Assembly (NCBI GenBank): GCA_040767085.1 | Contig: JAXGPF010000004.1 | Coordinates: forward strand, 1 to 64,000 | Source: Kiritimatiellia bacterium | Lineage (GTDB): Bacteria > Verrucomicrobiota > Kiritimatiellia > JAAZAB01 | Direction of reading: 5' to 3' | DNA: 64,000 nucleotides | The notes under the pieces: generated by a model | Database searches by the model: none | What the model was told of the DNA's origin: nothing | The model's input: the letters and a program-made list of their open reading frames with translations, nothing else | In this document: in pieces, positions 28,939 through 39,340 of the stretch | Position numbering within the stretch: the first letter of the stretch is position 1 | Layout of the letters: each line of letters opens with the position of its first letter | Position numbers and translations under genes: made by a program

Positions 28939-31881
28939 TCAATTGCGGTTCAAAGAGATATCGATGTTGGTGCCGGTAATCATCGAGACCACCACCGATA
29001 GGGAGACGAGCACCAGTTCGCCCACGATCAAGCCGATGAAGAATCCGCAGGCCCGGGAATAAGTATGCTTATGCCCGTACTTGGTAATGGCCGAGTTCGC
29101 CAGCCAGCCGAGGAAGATGGAAAACCAGTAGGACTGCATGATGGGATTGACCAGCATGACCAGCCCCAGCGGATGCGGCATCCAGAAGAAAAACTGGCGC
29201 AGGTAGATGATCAACCCGGTGGCCGCCCCGCCGACGGTCATCCAGACGGCGCTGGACATGGAAGCCCCCGGCGGGTTCTTGGCCATGGAGGCGAGCGTGT
29301 TCATCGTGCTGCGCGGCCAGCCGGTGTAAAACCAGGACGACATGTTGTCCGCGCCGCGGTCATAGCTCATCATCAGGGAGGTCGCCGCGGCGACAACCGC
29401 GGCCAGCACAATGGCCAGGGCCAGGGCCAGGTGGAACGCGCCGCGGCGCATGCGGAAATCATTGCGCAGCTTGATGGCATTGGCCATGGTCGGCGCGATA
29501 AAAACCTTCAGGTCCAGGAACAACACGCCGCAATACATCAGCAGCGGGGTGAAGAGCGGCACGGCCGAGTAAGCCTTGTCCAGCCCGCAGAAGGCCCGCA
29601 CGTAATGGAACGGATTGATGTAAGTTTTCACCGCCAGCAACCCGCCTTCGGCCACCGCCCGCACCATGGCAATCACGATCAGCAGCGTAACCACGTAAAA
29701 AAACACCGTGTAAAACAGGTTGGCGCCCATATCCAGCCAAAGCTGCAAAACGATCCCCAGGGAAGCGCCCATGAAGGCCCAGGAGGCAAAGCGCAACTCG
29801 CGCCGTTCCTCGGCCTCGAGGTCCTTCAGCACCGCGGGGTGGAAGGCGCAGAGGATGTAGCGCCGGCACTTGAAAAACACCACGCTGGCGAAGACCAGCA
29901 TCGCGCCGGCGCCCTCGGAGGTCTTGATGTTGGCCATGTACCACCATTGCGCCGAGCCCTCGTTGTCAATGTGGCCGGACCAGTACATGACCAGCAGCTG
30001 CAGCATGTAGAGCAGGTAAAAAAACCAGAGCGAAAAGGAGATATTCTTCGGGATGAGGAACGTCAGCCCGATCATGGTGAAAAACACCTCGGACTTCCAG
30101 TTCATCAACACCTGCAAGGGCGTGTTGACCACGTAAGCGCTCCAGGAATTGGCGAGGTTCAAAGGCGCAAGCCCCGGCACCACCTGCGACTTGCATAGCA
30201 GGTTCCACCCCAGCACGGCGCCGGAGATGCCCATCCCTATCCAAAACAATCCGTTGCGGAAGATATCCGGCATGCCGCCTTCCGGCCGCGCGGTATAAAC
30301 CAGGGCCTTGGGCAGTTCGGCCAGGGGATAAGTGATCATCTCGTTGTGCGCCCACTGGCGGAAGATCAAGACATTCAATGCCAGCAACGCGATATAGGAA
30401 AGCCCCAGCAGCAGCGCCCAGCGCCCCAGGGGCCGCGCCCAGACCTGCCACGGAACCTCGCCGATAAAGTACCGGCGCAGGGAGATGTCCGCCGCGGCGA
30501 AATCCGGCAGCATGGCGTTAATTTCCCCGCGCAAGCCGGCGGCGTCCAGGCCGTCCTGTTCCGCGGCCCGGCGCAATTCCGCTATGCGCTGGACCAGCGC
30601 GCCGATATTGCTGGCGCAATCGTGCTCGCGCGCGCAGCGTTCGCGCGCCAGGAGCAAATCTTCGCGCCGTTCCTCCAGGCGCCGCAAGTCGCGGGATAAC
30701 TCGCGGACATCGCCGGCCAGCGCCAGGGCCGCGCCGCGGTTCGCCTGACGGCGGCGGATATTAAGCGATTTCAAACTCTCATCCAGTTCCGCATGCTGCG
30801 CCAGCAGCGCTTCCTCTTCGATGCGCAGCATTTCCAGGCGCTCCTGCTGTGCTTCGATATCCGCCAGCGGACCCAAAATGCCCTCGGCCTGCAGCAGCAG
30901 GCGCGGCACGCCGCCCGGATCGGCGTCCGCCAGGCGGCGTGCCTCCTGCAGCGCCGTCAGCGCGGCGCGGCCCTCGCGCAAGCGGCGCAGCCGGCCGGTA
31001 TAGGACGACCAGTCATCCTGCGGCAGCGGAAATATGCCTGGAAAGGCGCTCAACCCGCGCGGCAAACCGCGGCGGTATTGCGCGACTTTTTCAAAGGCCC
31101 GGTCTTCCAGTTCCTTCAGCCGCTGGCGCGCCGCGTCCGCCGCCGCCGCCTGGCTGGCAATGCGGCCGGGATAATCCCGCAACACCACGTTCAGATCGGC
31201 ATGATCGGGCAGGGCCAGCCGCGCCCAGGCTTCCTCGGCGGCGTCCGCCTCCGCGCGCAGGGTTTCGCGCTCCAGTTGCGCCCGGCGCAAGGCCAGTTTC
31301 CGGTCGCGGTCCGCTTCTGTCCCGGCGGCCTCGGATTCCAGGCGCCGCAGCGCCGTTTCCGCTTCGGCCGCGCGGGCGCGGCAATCCAGGACGCGCGCCG
31401 CGGCTTTTTGCGCCGCTTCCAGATCATTCAGCTTTTTCAACTCCGCGTAATAATCGTCCGCCGCGGCTCGGGTGCCGGTTTCCGCCAGGAAATAGGACTC
31501 GTTGACGTAGGGCATAACGTAACGGTTCCATTCCGACTGGGGATTGTTCCATTCCGCACTCATCATACTGCCCGCGATCGGCAAGACCTGTTCGACCAGG
31601 CCGAAATTCGGGATGCCGGCCGACACCATTCCCATGATGAAGACGATCATCAATTCCACCAGGGTGAAAACGCGGAAAATCTTCACCAATCGCAGCAGCG
31701 GATTCAGCACCAGCACCATCAGGATCAGCAGCAGGAACGGCAGGACGCTGAGTTGCGTGGCGGCGAAAACAATCGCCGCCTGGGTGCTGACGTAGATGGA
31801 AAGCGCCGCGAACAAGGCCGCAAAAAACGCGCCCACGCCCAACGCCCGCCAGGTTATCCGGTTATCATTCATGCCAAGCAT
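28939..31881 (-). CDS. Large polytopic membrane protein (DUF6785/DUF6784-like) with long coiled-coil insertion
   Basis: N-terminal TMs, ~300-aa Ala/Arg/Glu/Leu helical region, then RQWAHNEMITYPLA, HPLG, WFSIFLGW, FFIGLIVGE. Confidence 0.7.
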   Translation of the reverse strand: MLGMNDNRITWRALGVGAFFAALFAALSIYVSTQAAIVFAATQLSVLPFLLLILMVLVLNPLLRLVKIFRVFTLVELMIVFIMGMVSAGIPNFGLVEQVLPIAGSMMSAEWNNPQSEWNRYVMPYVNESYFLAETGTRAAADDYYAELKKLNDLEAAQKAAARVLDCRARAAEAETALRRLESEAAGTEADRDRKLALRRAQLERETLRAEADAAEEAWARLALPDHADLNVVLRDYPGRIASQAAAADAARQRLKELEDRAFEKVAQYRRGLPRGLSAFPGIFPLPQDDWSSYTGRLRRLREGRAALTALQEARRLADADPGGVPRLLLQAEGILGPLADIEAQQERLEMLRIEEEALLAQHAELDESLKSLNIRRRQANRGAALALAGDVRELSRDLRRLEERREDLLLARERCAREHDCASNIGALVQRIAELRRAAEQDGLDAAGLRGEINAMLPDFAAADISLRRYFIGEVPWQVWARPLGRWALLLGLSYIALLALNVLIFRQWAHNEMITYPLAELPKALVYTARPEGGMPDIFRNGLFWIGMGISGAVLGWNLLCKSQVVPGLAPLNLANSWSAYVVNTPLQVLMNWKSEVFFTMIGLTFLIPKNISFSLWFFYLLYMLQLLVMYWSGHIDNEGSAQWWYMANIKTSEGAGAMLVFASVVFFKCRRYILCAFHPAVLKDLEAEERRELRFASWAFMGASLGIVLQLWLDMGANLFYTVFFYVVTLLIVIAMVRAVAEGGLLAVKTYINPFHYVRAFCGLDKAYSAVPLFTPLLMYCGVLFLDLKVFIAPTMANAIKLRNDFRMRRGAFHLALALAIVLAAVVAAATSLMMSYDRGADNMSSWFYTGWPRSTMNTLASMAKNPPGASMSSAVWMTVGGAATGLIIYLRQFFFWMPHPLGLVMLVNPIMQSYWFSIFLGWLANSAITKYGHKHTYSRACGFFIGLIVGELVLVSLSVVVSMITGTNIDISLNRN

Positions 31882-31887
31882 CCAGTT

Positions 31888-33909
31888 TTAGAAGATCAGG
31901 GGCGACATCATTTTGTTCAGAATGGCGAAGGCCATGCCCACCATGGCAACCAGCCCCATGCCGCAGGCATAACCCGCCAGCATGACCGGCGTATAGCGGA
32001 GCCAGCGGTCGCCGAAACGGCGCCGGAAATAAAACCGTCCCAGCAACGCGCCCACGACTTCCAGGGGCAAGCCCGCCGGCGTGCCCTGCCCCAGCCCGCG
32101 CACCAGCCCGTAAACCACCAGGGTGGGCAGGCCCAGCAATGACAGGAGCACATAAGCGCCGACGCCAATGCCCACGCCCCACCCCACCCAGGCCGGTTTC
32201 AAGGCTTCAAAAAACAGGGAGCCGCCTTCCATGGTGGAACTGTAGGTCAGGCACATGTTTTTCGCCATCAAGTCCCACATTTTCTGCGCGAACGGATAGG
32301 CGTCGGATGGCACCGGCGCCATCTTCCAGAGCAATTGGGAAAAAATCAGCGAGGCGATAATAATAATCGGAATCGTGACCAGCTTCGTCAGCACCTTGCT
32401 CCTGATCTTGGTGCCGGTCAACTCCAGAATCCGGAAACCGACCGTCGCCTTGCCGTAATCCGGCATCGGCACCGGGGTAAACCATATCTGCACCCCGCGA
32501 TAACCGCTCAGGATATACGTGGCTTCCTTGATCATCGGGATCGTCAAAGCCTGGCCCGCCAATCCTTCCAGCTTGGCGCTGGAATAAGAAATCACAGGGG
32601 TAAACACCGTGGCGTACAGGATGAAAAATTTCCAGGGGAAGTCATCAATCAGCCAGGTCGAAATGCCGATCCAGGTGGTGCAGGTGCAGGCATAGATGCC
32701 CAGGGCGATGAAAACCGAAAAATCGCCGCGCTTGGGATTGTTGATAAACAGCTTGCGCCAGGTGGATGGCGGGCGCTGACCGGAAGGATTGCCGGTGGCA
32801 ATCCGGTGCGATCCATACCGGTTGCGCAGCAGACGCAGCAAGGGCTTGATGGTCTGGCCCAGCCCGATGAGGGTAACCGCCACCGTCAAGCCGATACTGA
32901 TGGAAAGATAGACATCCACGTTATTGACGAAAACCGTGTCCACCACGTCCATACCCGGCTGCCAGTTGGCCAGAATTCCCCGGCGGTACAGGATGGGGTT
33001 GGCGATGATCATCGCCAGCAGCCCGAGTCCGCCGCCGATGGCGGCCCAGAAGGGAATCACCATGCCGGTCAGGAGCAGTCCCAGGTCGAGGGTCAGATTC
33101 AGCGGCACGGCCTTCAGCACCTCGCCCATGACAGGCGTAAAATCAATGAAGGGAATGGGTATCAGCATCAGCGGCTTGGGCAGAAACGCGCCCGTGATCG
33201 CAGGCACGGCGATGTAAATCAGGCCGTAACTCATGCCCAGCATGCCCCCGATGGAAAAGCATCGCCAGCGCCAGGCTTGCTGTGGATCGTGCGTATTGGT
33301 CAGCGCCGTGATCCCCGAAGCGCCCACCGCCGCCATGGGAAACGGCAATTCCTCCACATCGTTGACGATACGGTAGAGGACATACCCCATGCCGAAATGG
33401 TCCACGTGGGTGATGACCAGCGCCATGGACACGTAGGCGATCGGCGCAATCCAGGCCTTGGCGAAAAAGGTCCGGCCGAGTTCGGCGATCACTTCCGCCG
33501 GCGGCGCCACCCAGGCGGGAATTTCCTGGGCGACACCCATGGCGCGGGCGTAATCCGACTGTACCAGGAACTGGTTCCAGAGCAAGCCCTGGAAAGGCGA
33601 ACTTATCGCCAGCCCCGCCATGAAGTACAGGATATAGATTTCCTGCATCTTCAGGTCTTTCAGCGAGCGCCGCGCAATTTCCGCGAAGAGAATGATCGTC
33701 ACCCACTGGGAGGCCGTCGCGATGCTGCCGATGTTGCCCACTACCAGGGCGAGGTACATGGCGCCGGGCATCATGATGAAGCCGAGGAAAACGGCGCCGA
33801 TGACTGTGCGCCAGTTGAAGCCGTCGGCGAAAACCGCGGGCGGCGACATCAACCCCCGATATTGATCCAGTTCCCGTTCTTGTAATGTCTTGGCCATATC
33901 GCGTCCCAT
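31888..33909 (-). CDS. OPT-like oligopeptide transporter family membrane protein
   Basis: Many TM helices; FADGFNWRTVIG, QEIYIL, EELPFPMA; EELPFP-type motif recalls OPT family. Confidence 0.65.
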   Translation of the reverse strand: MGRDMAKTLQERELDQYRGLMSPPAVFADGFNWRTVIGAVFLGFIMMPGAMYLALVVGNIGSIATASQWVTIILFAEIARRSLKDLKMQEIYILYFMAGLAISSPFQGLLWNQFLVQSDYARAMGVAQEIPAWVAPPAEVIAELGRTFFAKAWIAPIAYVSMALVITHVDHFGMGYVLYRIVNDVEELPFPMAAVGASGITALTNTHDPQQAWRWRCFSIGGMLGMSYGLIYIAVPAITGAFLPKPLMLIPIPFIDFTPVMGEVLKAVPLNLTLDLGLLLTGMVIPFWAAIGGGLGLLAMIIANPILYRRGILANWQPGMDVVDTVFVNNVDVYLSISIGLTVAVTLIGLGQTIKPLLRLLRNRYGSHRIATGNPSGQRPPSTWRKLFINNPKRGDFSVFIALGIYACTCTTWIGISTWLIDDFPWKFFILYATVFTPVISYSSAKLEGLAGQALTIPMIKEATYILSGYRGVQIWFTPVPMPDYGKATVGFRILELTGTKIRSKVLTKLVTIPIIIIASLIFSQLLWKMAPVPSDAYPFAQKMWDLMAKNMCLTYSSTMEGGSLFFEALKPAWVGWGVGIGVGAYVLLSLLGLPTLVVYGLVRGLGQGTPAGLPLEVVGALLGRFYFRRRFGDRWLRYTPVMLAGYACGMGLVAMVGMAFAILNKMMSPLIF

Positions 33910-36900
33910 CAACCGACCGGCGCCGCGTCAGCGCCTTCCGCCAGCCCCTGATCCACTTGCTGCACGTACACATGCTGCTGGGCCAGGTCCAGGTTGCGCC
34001 AGCGCATGAGGTATTTGCGCATCCGCTCCAGAAACGGACGGTTGGTCATCACCCAGTTCGTGTCCTGGCCGGAAATGCGTTCGACGATCATCGTCAGGCG
34101 GTAGGCCTGGACCCTGTCGTCATAATTGAGGCGGAACCGCAGCTGCTGCGTCACGCCCAGGTCGTATGGCGCCAGGGCCACGTGGTAATCCAGCTGGTAG
34201 GCGCGCCGGCCGGCGGCATCCTTTTCACAGCGGTAAGCGGACGGCGTGGCGATCAAATCGCCGATGGAAGCGGCGGTAAACCGGCTGAAATACTCGCGCA
34301 GGTAGCCGATCACGCCCGCCGACACCTGCGGCGTGTAAATAAACGGAAACACCACCGGCATCAAGTTGCCCTGCCGGGGCGGCAGCGACCACTTGCGCTT
34401 GCCGGACGGCACGGCGGCGCGCGTGGCGACGGTGGCCGGGTAAATCGTTGAAAGCAGCACGATGGCGATGGTGAAAAGGATCACGTAAGCCACGCTCATC
34501 GAGGAATAGTTGAAATTGATCCCATGGACCAGATTGAAGCGGGCAATCACGATGCTCAACACCTGACCGATCAGATAACCGCCCACGGAGCCGATCACGC
34601 CGTACACAAACGATTCGGCCAGGAAAAACATCCCGATATGGTGGGGATTCAACCCGACGGCATTGTAAACCGCGATTTCTTTTTTGCGCTCGTAAACCGA
34701 GCCCAGCATCGTGTTGAGAATGATGGTGCTGGCGATGATCAGCGGGATCAGCAACACCGCCAGCCCGCCGACCGACGTGCTGTAGCTGGAACCAATATAG
34801 TAAATGCCCGCCGCGATCGTCTGGCGCCCGTCGTCGCCGGCGGCAAAGGGCTTGCGGCTGGCCAGGTAAAACCGGGCGCTGGTGGAAGTCAGCACCAGGT
34901 CGGCCAGCGACCATAACGACTCGTCATCGTCGATTTTCAGGGAAACGCTGTAGGGCCGGGCGCCGAAGCGCTCGGCCGTGCCAATGGGCATAACCAGCAG
35001 GGACGAAGACTCCACGTGAAACAGCGCGCCCATATCGTGAATATCCTCGGTGGGCGAAGCCTTGACCTTCGCCCGGGGATCGAACGTATCGACGCCGGCA
35101 TCGGTTTCGATGCGCTTGATCGGCAGCAGCGGCAGGCCGTTCAAATCCTTGATGTTGCGGAAGAGCGCGTCATCCAGCAGGCCCGCCACCTTGAATTCCC
35201 GCCCATCCATCAGGATGCGGACATCATCCATGTTGGCTTCCGTCACGTCCAGCACCGCCGCCACGGAACCGAAAAGCATCACTTCGTCGGCGTCATCCGC
35301 CGAAAAATTACGCCCGGCCGTCAGCGGCAGCGACTCCACGTAACCGTCCTCCTGCAGTTCCAGCCCCAGGATGCCGTCCAGTCGGACTTCGCCGCCGCCG
35401 GCCTTGCGCACGCTCAACGGCACGTTGTCGTTCGGGGAAACCAACCAGCGCCGCACCAGCAACTGGCCCCGGCCAGCCAGCAGGTTGCGCAGGACGGCCA
35501 GTGTGTTCGCGTCCATGGTGGACTTGCCCGGCCAGTGATACATCATGCCGGTGTATGGCGCAGTTTTGCCGCGCGGCACGACGGTCGGGTTGATTTTCTT
35601 GGAAATGCTGGTGAAGGAAAGCATGGTAAAGGCGATCAGCACGATCGTCGCGGTGGTCAGCATCGTGCGGACACGCCGGCGCTTCATGTTGTTGACGCCG
35701 ATCAGCATGGCTTTCTGGCTGACGGTCGAGTAGCCGACTTCGTCCTCCATCACGCCGCCCTGGAAACTGCGGAAAAGCAGCTGCATCTCGCCCTCGAACC
35801 GGCCCCGCAGAATACTGATCACGAACAGCCCCATGGCGCCCATGACGAAGGCGATGAAAATCGCCTCGGCCGCCTGGGCGACGCGGAAAGCCGGATGGAT
35901 CAGGCGGAAGACCAGGAACGTGATCACGAAAAGCAGGGCGAACATTCCCATTTCGTGCTCGATTTTCACGAAATTGAAGAGCAGCTTCTGCACGAAAAAG
36001 CAAAACGGCAGCAGCAGGGCCATGTAAACCACCACGGCTTTCAGCATGTCGTCCGTGGTCTGCTTGGCCTGCTCGTAGGACTTCATCTGCAACCCCATGG
36101 CTTCGTAAAGATGGCGCAGATACGACAGATGCTGCTTGCTGGCCCGCGCCTCCCGGACCCGGTCCAGCAGCGCATCCCCGCGCTCGAGAAATTCCCGCGA
36201 CAGTTCGCCGGCCACATCGCGCAGCTTGAGCAGGCGGGCATGATTGAGAATCGAAACATCCTGGGCGGAGCGGTAAAACAAATCGGCCTCCAGTTCGTCC
36301 GGACGCAGAATGCCATGGCCCTCCGGTTCTTCCTCGGTGGCGTGCAGCATGACGCGCTTATCCGCGGTCACCAGCTTGAAGCGTTCGCGCCCGTCCATAT
36401 AATAGGCGGCGGGCGCGCCGGCCGCCGGGTCAACGAATTTGGAAGTCAAGGGCGACTGCACCCCCGTCAGGCCGAAGTTGCGGGGGGAGGCGTTGCCCCG
36501 CGCCGTCAGGGCCATCATGTCGGCGATGGCGATCGGCGCGTTGGCGATCAGCGTCGAGTCGTACATGGCATACAGCGGGAATTCCTCGCACTCGAACAGC
36601 GCCAGGGTCAGATGCGCGTTCAAGCGGTTGGAATCCACCTTGTTCTGGGCCGCGCCGGCGTTGATCGTGTGGTCCACCGCAATGAAATCATCGTCGAAAT
36701 GGAAAGCGGCGCTGGTCTTCGGGCCCCGGGCAGAGGCCACCAGTCCGTACACCACGGCGCTGGCGCGGAGGTCGGTCATGACGATGTCGGCATTGACCAC
36801 GTCGCCATAGACAATCTGCCACTGGTGGAACGCGGCGTAAGTCGCCCAGAGCATATAAGAATTGCGCACGATCACCGCCGTGTGGGGCACGGGGATTTCC

Positions 36901-38918
36901 GGGAACACGCTGGCCGACAACTCGTCGTACTTGCAGGTCTTGACCTGGATGGCTTTGGCCGGCACGCTCGAAACCGCCGGGAGACCCAGTTGGGAGCTGG
37001 TGGTGACGTAACGGTCGTTCAGCAATTCGCGCCAGAAATTAGGCAGGAAAACCATGCCTTCCGCAAACCGCCGGACATCCAGGTTTTCCAGCGTGTCGGA
37101 CGGCAGGAAGGCTCGTCCGTGCCCGGAAAATGCATTGGCGAATTTAAACGCCGGAATGCGGTCGTAAATCTGAAAAATAATCTCGCCCGGAGGCGTGTAG
37201 GACGGCATGTACTCCTGAGGGATGTAATGCGCTTCGGACAGCCCCCCGCGCATGCTCAAGGTGTCCAGCACCAGCCCCGGCTTGCCGCCGGCGGCGGCCC
37301 CCAGCCGCGCGCTGATTTCCGCCGTGTTGATGCCCCACGACGTCGCCCAGCGCTTGCCGCCGCTGATATCGCCCACGGCAAAGCCGAAGTTATCGGTGCT
37401 CCAATCGGCGGCCAGATTGACCACGAAAACCACCCGCCGGCCGCGGATGGCTTCGCGGATGGCGCCGTTGGCAACATCATTTTCCAGGTCCAGGCTGTTC
37501 AATTCGGCGCAGCGGCGGTTGAACTCCAGGGTTTCGGCGACATAACTGCGGAAGATGTCAAACTCCTCGGGCGTCAAATCTCCGAGCTTGGTCTGCATGC
37601 CCACCTTGTTGAAAAGCGTCAGGATGTTGACGTACTTCGCCTTATCCTTGACCAATTCCGCACGGCGCGCGGACTGCTCCGCGGGCGACAACTTGCTGAA
37701 CTGCAGCTTGCCCAGTTCGGTTTTGATGCGGTTGACGTCGCGCTTGGCCAGGCGCACCAGCGGATTTTTGACGGTAATGTTGCGCCCGGTGGTATCGTCC
37801 ACCAGCGAGCGCCAGCGGATCAGCGTGGCTTCGTCTTCCGGGCGGAATTGTTCCAGGTTCAGCCCGCCGTAATGTTTCAAAACCGCCTTGTTGTTCCGCA
37901 GGTCGGCATTGACCACGTCGCGCAGTTCCTCCACCGCGGAGCGGTCCGCCAGCAGGTGCCAGCCCAACAGGTGTTCCCCCTTGTAATGCTGGGTGTGGGC
38001 GTTCACCGCCACCAGCAAAACCGAACGGGCAGGCGGCGCGGACTTGAACAAGTCCAGCATGCGCAGCAGCAGCATCAGGTTGCCCGCCGATTGGGCGCCC
38101 TGCGCCAGTGCGGGCGCCACGCAATTGGCGTCCAGCGGTGCGGCGAAAACGCCCACCTCGCCGGCAAGCACCTGATCGCTGCCCGGCACCAGGACCCATA
38201 AATTCCTCAAATAACGGTTTTCCCAGCGCGACGGCTCCGCCCGCACGCGCGCCGGGACATTTTTCTCAGCGGCTTCCCGCAAGGCCCGGGCCGCATCACC
38301 CTGCGCCAGGAAGCGCGGCACCGACACTTCCGTGGAATAGACCTTGTTCAAGGACTCGAAACGCCGGTATTCCTCGGGCTCCAGAAAAATGAAGCCTTTC
38401 ACACCAAAACGCAGCCAGTTCACCCAGGCGCTGCCGCAGTCGAATTCCATCACGGCGACCGCGCCCTGCAGGTCCACGCCGGCCAGCCGCTCCAGGTCCG
38501 CCACCCCGCCCAGCCCCAGGTAAACCAGGGGCGCCGTGAAGTCCCGCTCGGTGAAATTGCCCGGACGGAAGAGCGTCGGATGCATGGGCGCCACCGGCAG
38601 CGGGCCGGCGCCCGCCACTTCCACGGAAGTGGCGCCGGGCAGGAAGACCGGCGCGGCAAAACGCATTTCGCCGTGCGGCAGCCCGGCGGCGGCGAATTTT
38701 TCCGCCACGCGTTCCTCCAGCGCCAGATTGCCGGGGGAGCCCGGATGGCGCATTTCGGCGCCGGAGAGCAAACCGGCCAGTTCCGCGCGCAAGCGCTGCT
38801 CGGCTTCGGGCGAAGCCCAGCGCGCTTCCGTCTCAGCCGCCGCGGCGGCGGCCAGCGCCCAAGCCGCCGCTGCCGGCAAGCACCGCTTCGCAATCTGCAA
38901 GAGTTCCGCCTTCATCAT
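33909..38918 (-). CDS. 1669-aa fusion: M28-peptidase-like/PA extracellular region plus MacB/FtsX permease
   Basis: Signal peptide, RHPGSPG, APLVYLG (PA), NLWVLVPG; C-terminal NMKRRRVRTMLT and SVYERKKEIAVYNAVG. Confidence 0.8.
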   Translation of the reverse strand: MMKAELLQIAKRCLPAAAAWALAAAAAAETEARWASPEAEQRLRAELAGLLSGAEMRHPGSPGNLALEERVAEKFAAAGLPHGEMRFAAPVFLPGATSVEVAGAGPLPVAPMHPTLFRPGNFTERDFTAPLVYLGLGGVADLERLAGVDLQGAVAVMEFDCGSAWVNWLRFGVKGFIFLEPEEYRRFESLNKVYSTEVSVPRFLAQGDAARALREAAEKNVPARVRAEPSRWENRYLRNLWVLVPGSDQVLAGEVGVFAAPLDANCVAPALAQGAQSAGNLMLLLRMLDLFKSAPPARSVLLVAVNAHTQHYKGEHLLGWHLLADRSAVEELRDVVNADLRNNKAVLKHYGGLNLEQFRPEDEATLIRWRSLVDDTTGRNITVKNPLVRLAKRDVNRIKTELGKLQFSKLSPAEQSARRAELVKDKAKYVNILTLFNKVGMQTKLGDLTPEEFDIFRSYVAETLEFNRRCAELNSLDLENDVANGAIREAIRGRRVVFVVNLAADWSTDNFGFAVGDISGGKRWATSWGINTAEISARLGAAAGGKPGLVLDTLSMRGGLSEAHYIPQEYMPSYTPPGEIIFQIYDRIPAFKFANAFSGHGRAFLPSDTLENLDVRRFAEGMVFLPNFWRELLNDRYVTTSSQLGLPAVSSVPAKAIQVKTCKYDELSASVFPEIPVPHTAVIVRNSYMLWATYAAFHQWQIVYGDVVNADIVMTDLRASAVVYGLVASARGPKTSAAFHFDDDFIAVDHTINAGAAQNKVDSNRLNAHLTLALFECEEFPLYAMYDSTLIANAPIAIADMMALTARGNASPRNFGLTGVQSPLTSKFVDPAAGAPAAYYMDGRERFKLVTADKRVMLHATEEEPEGHGILRPDELEADLFYRSAQDVSILNHARLLKLRDVAGELSREFLERGDALLDRVREARASKQHLSYLRHLYEAMGLQMKSYEQAKQTTDDMLKAVVVYMALLLPFCFFVQKLLFNFVKIEHEMGMFALLFVITFLVFRLIHPAFRVAQAAEAIFIAFVMGAMGLFVISILRGRFEGEMQLLFRSFQGGVMEDEVGYSTVSQKAMLIGVNNMKRRRVRTMLTTATIVLIAFTMLSFTSISKKINPTVVPRGKTAPYTGMMYHWPGKSTMDANTLAVLRNLLAGRGQLLVRRWLVSPNDNVPLSVRKAGGGEVRLDGILGLELQEDGYVESLPLTAGRNFSADDADEVMLFGSVAAVLDVTEANMDDVRILMDGREFKVAGLLDDALFRNIKDLNGLPLLPIKRIETDAGVDTFDPRAKVKASPTEDIHDMGALFHVESSSLLVMPIGTAERFGARPYSVSLKIDDDESLWSLADLVLTSTSARFYLASRKPFAAGDDGRQTIAAGIYYIGSSYSTSVGGLAVLLIPLIIASTIILNTMLGSVYERKKEIAVYNAVGLNPHHIGMFFLAESFVYGVIGSVGGYLIGQVLSIVIARFNLVHGINFNYSSMSVAYVILFTIAIVLLSTIYPATVATRAAVPSGKRKWSLPPRQGNLMPVVFPFIYTPQVSAGVIGYLREYFSRFTAASIGDLIATPSAYRCEKDAAGRRAYQLDYHVALAPYDLGVTQQLRFRLNYDDRVQAYRLTMIVERISGQDTNWVMTNRPFLERMRKYLMRWRNLDLAQQHVYVQQVDQGLAEGADAAPVG

Positions 38919-39295
38919 TTGATCAAAATTGAAATCACGCCGCGCTTCACCAGGGATTTGAGAAATTCCACCGTGCTCAAGGCCGCCTCCCGGCGATTCA
39001 AACGGTAATGTCCGGCAAATTTCTCGATAATCTCCAGCGTCGTGCGCCGCTGATCCACCAGTTTAAACACATAACTACCCAATTCATCCAGCCGAATCGT
39101 GCGCTCGTTCACCGCCAGGCTCCCGCGCCCCCACCACCGCCGGCGGCGGCGGGTCTGACGCACGGTCAACACCAACCGTCCACTGTCCGGCTCCTCGCTA
39201 AAACTAATTCCCTCGTTCAGCACCGGCACCCCGGCCAGCGACTGCCGGCGGTCTACGGCCGGCGCGTCTTGCTTCCTGGAACTGAAACCAAAAAT
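38915..39295 (-). CDS. PqqD/RRE-like protein (GTG start 39229 in track; possible ATT start 39295)
   Basis: IRLDELGSYVFKLVD.RRT..EII..F...Y.......S...FLKSL.KRGVI winged-helix pattern. Confidence 0.75.
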   Translation of the reverse strand: MFGFSSRKQDAPAVDRRQSLAGVPVLNEGISFSEEPDSGRLVLTVRQTRRRRRWWGRGSLAVNERTIRLDELGSYVFKLVDQRRTTLEIIEKFAGHYRLNRREAALSTVEFLKSLVKRGVISILIK

Positions 39296-39312
39296 ATCCG
39301 TTCCCCTTAAAA

Positions 39313-39340
39313 CTCAAATCAGCAATTTCAAATCTCAAAT
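39313..39340. repeat. Heptamer tandem array
   Basis: CTCAAAT CAGCAAT TTCAAAT CTCAAAT. Confidence 0.6.

Noticed and set aside
35016-38201. 1061-aa plus-strand ORF and other long antisense ORFs (32335-33885, 50480-52672, 52416-54485, 54392-56218)
   Set aside because: Shadow frames opposite well-supported genes in high-GC DNA
38915-39229. PQQ or RiPP biosynthesis cluster
   Set aside because: No pqqABCE, radical SAM enzyme or precursor peptide seen in the window
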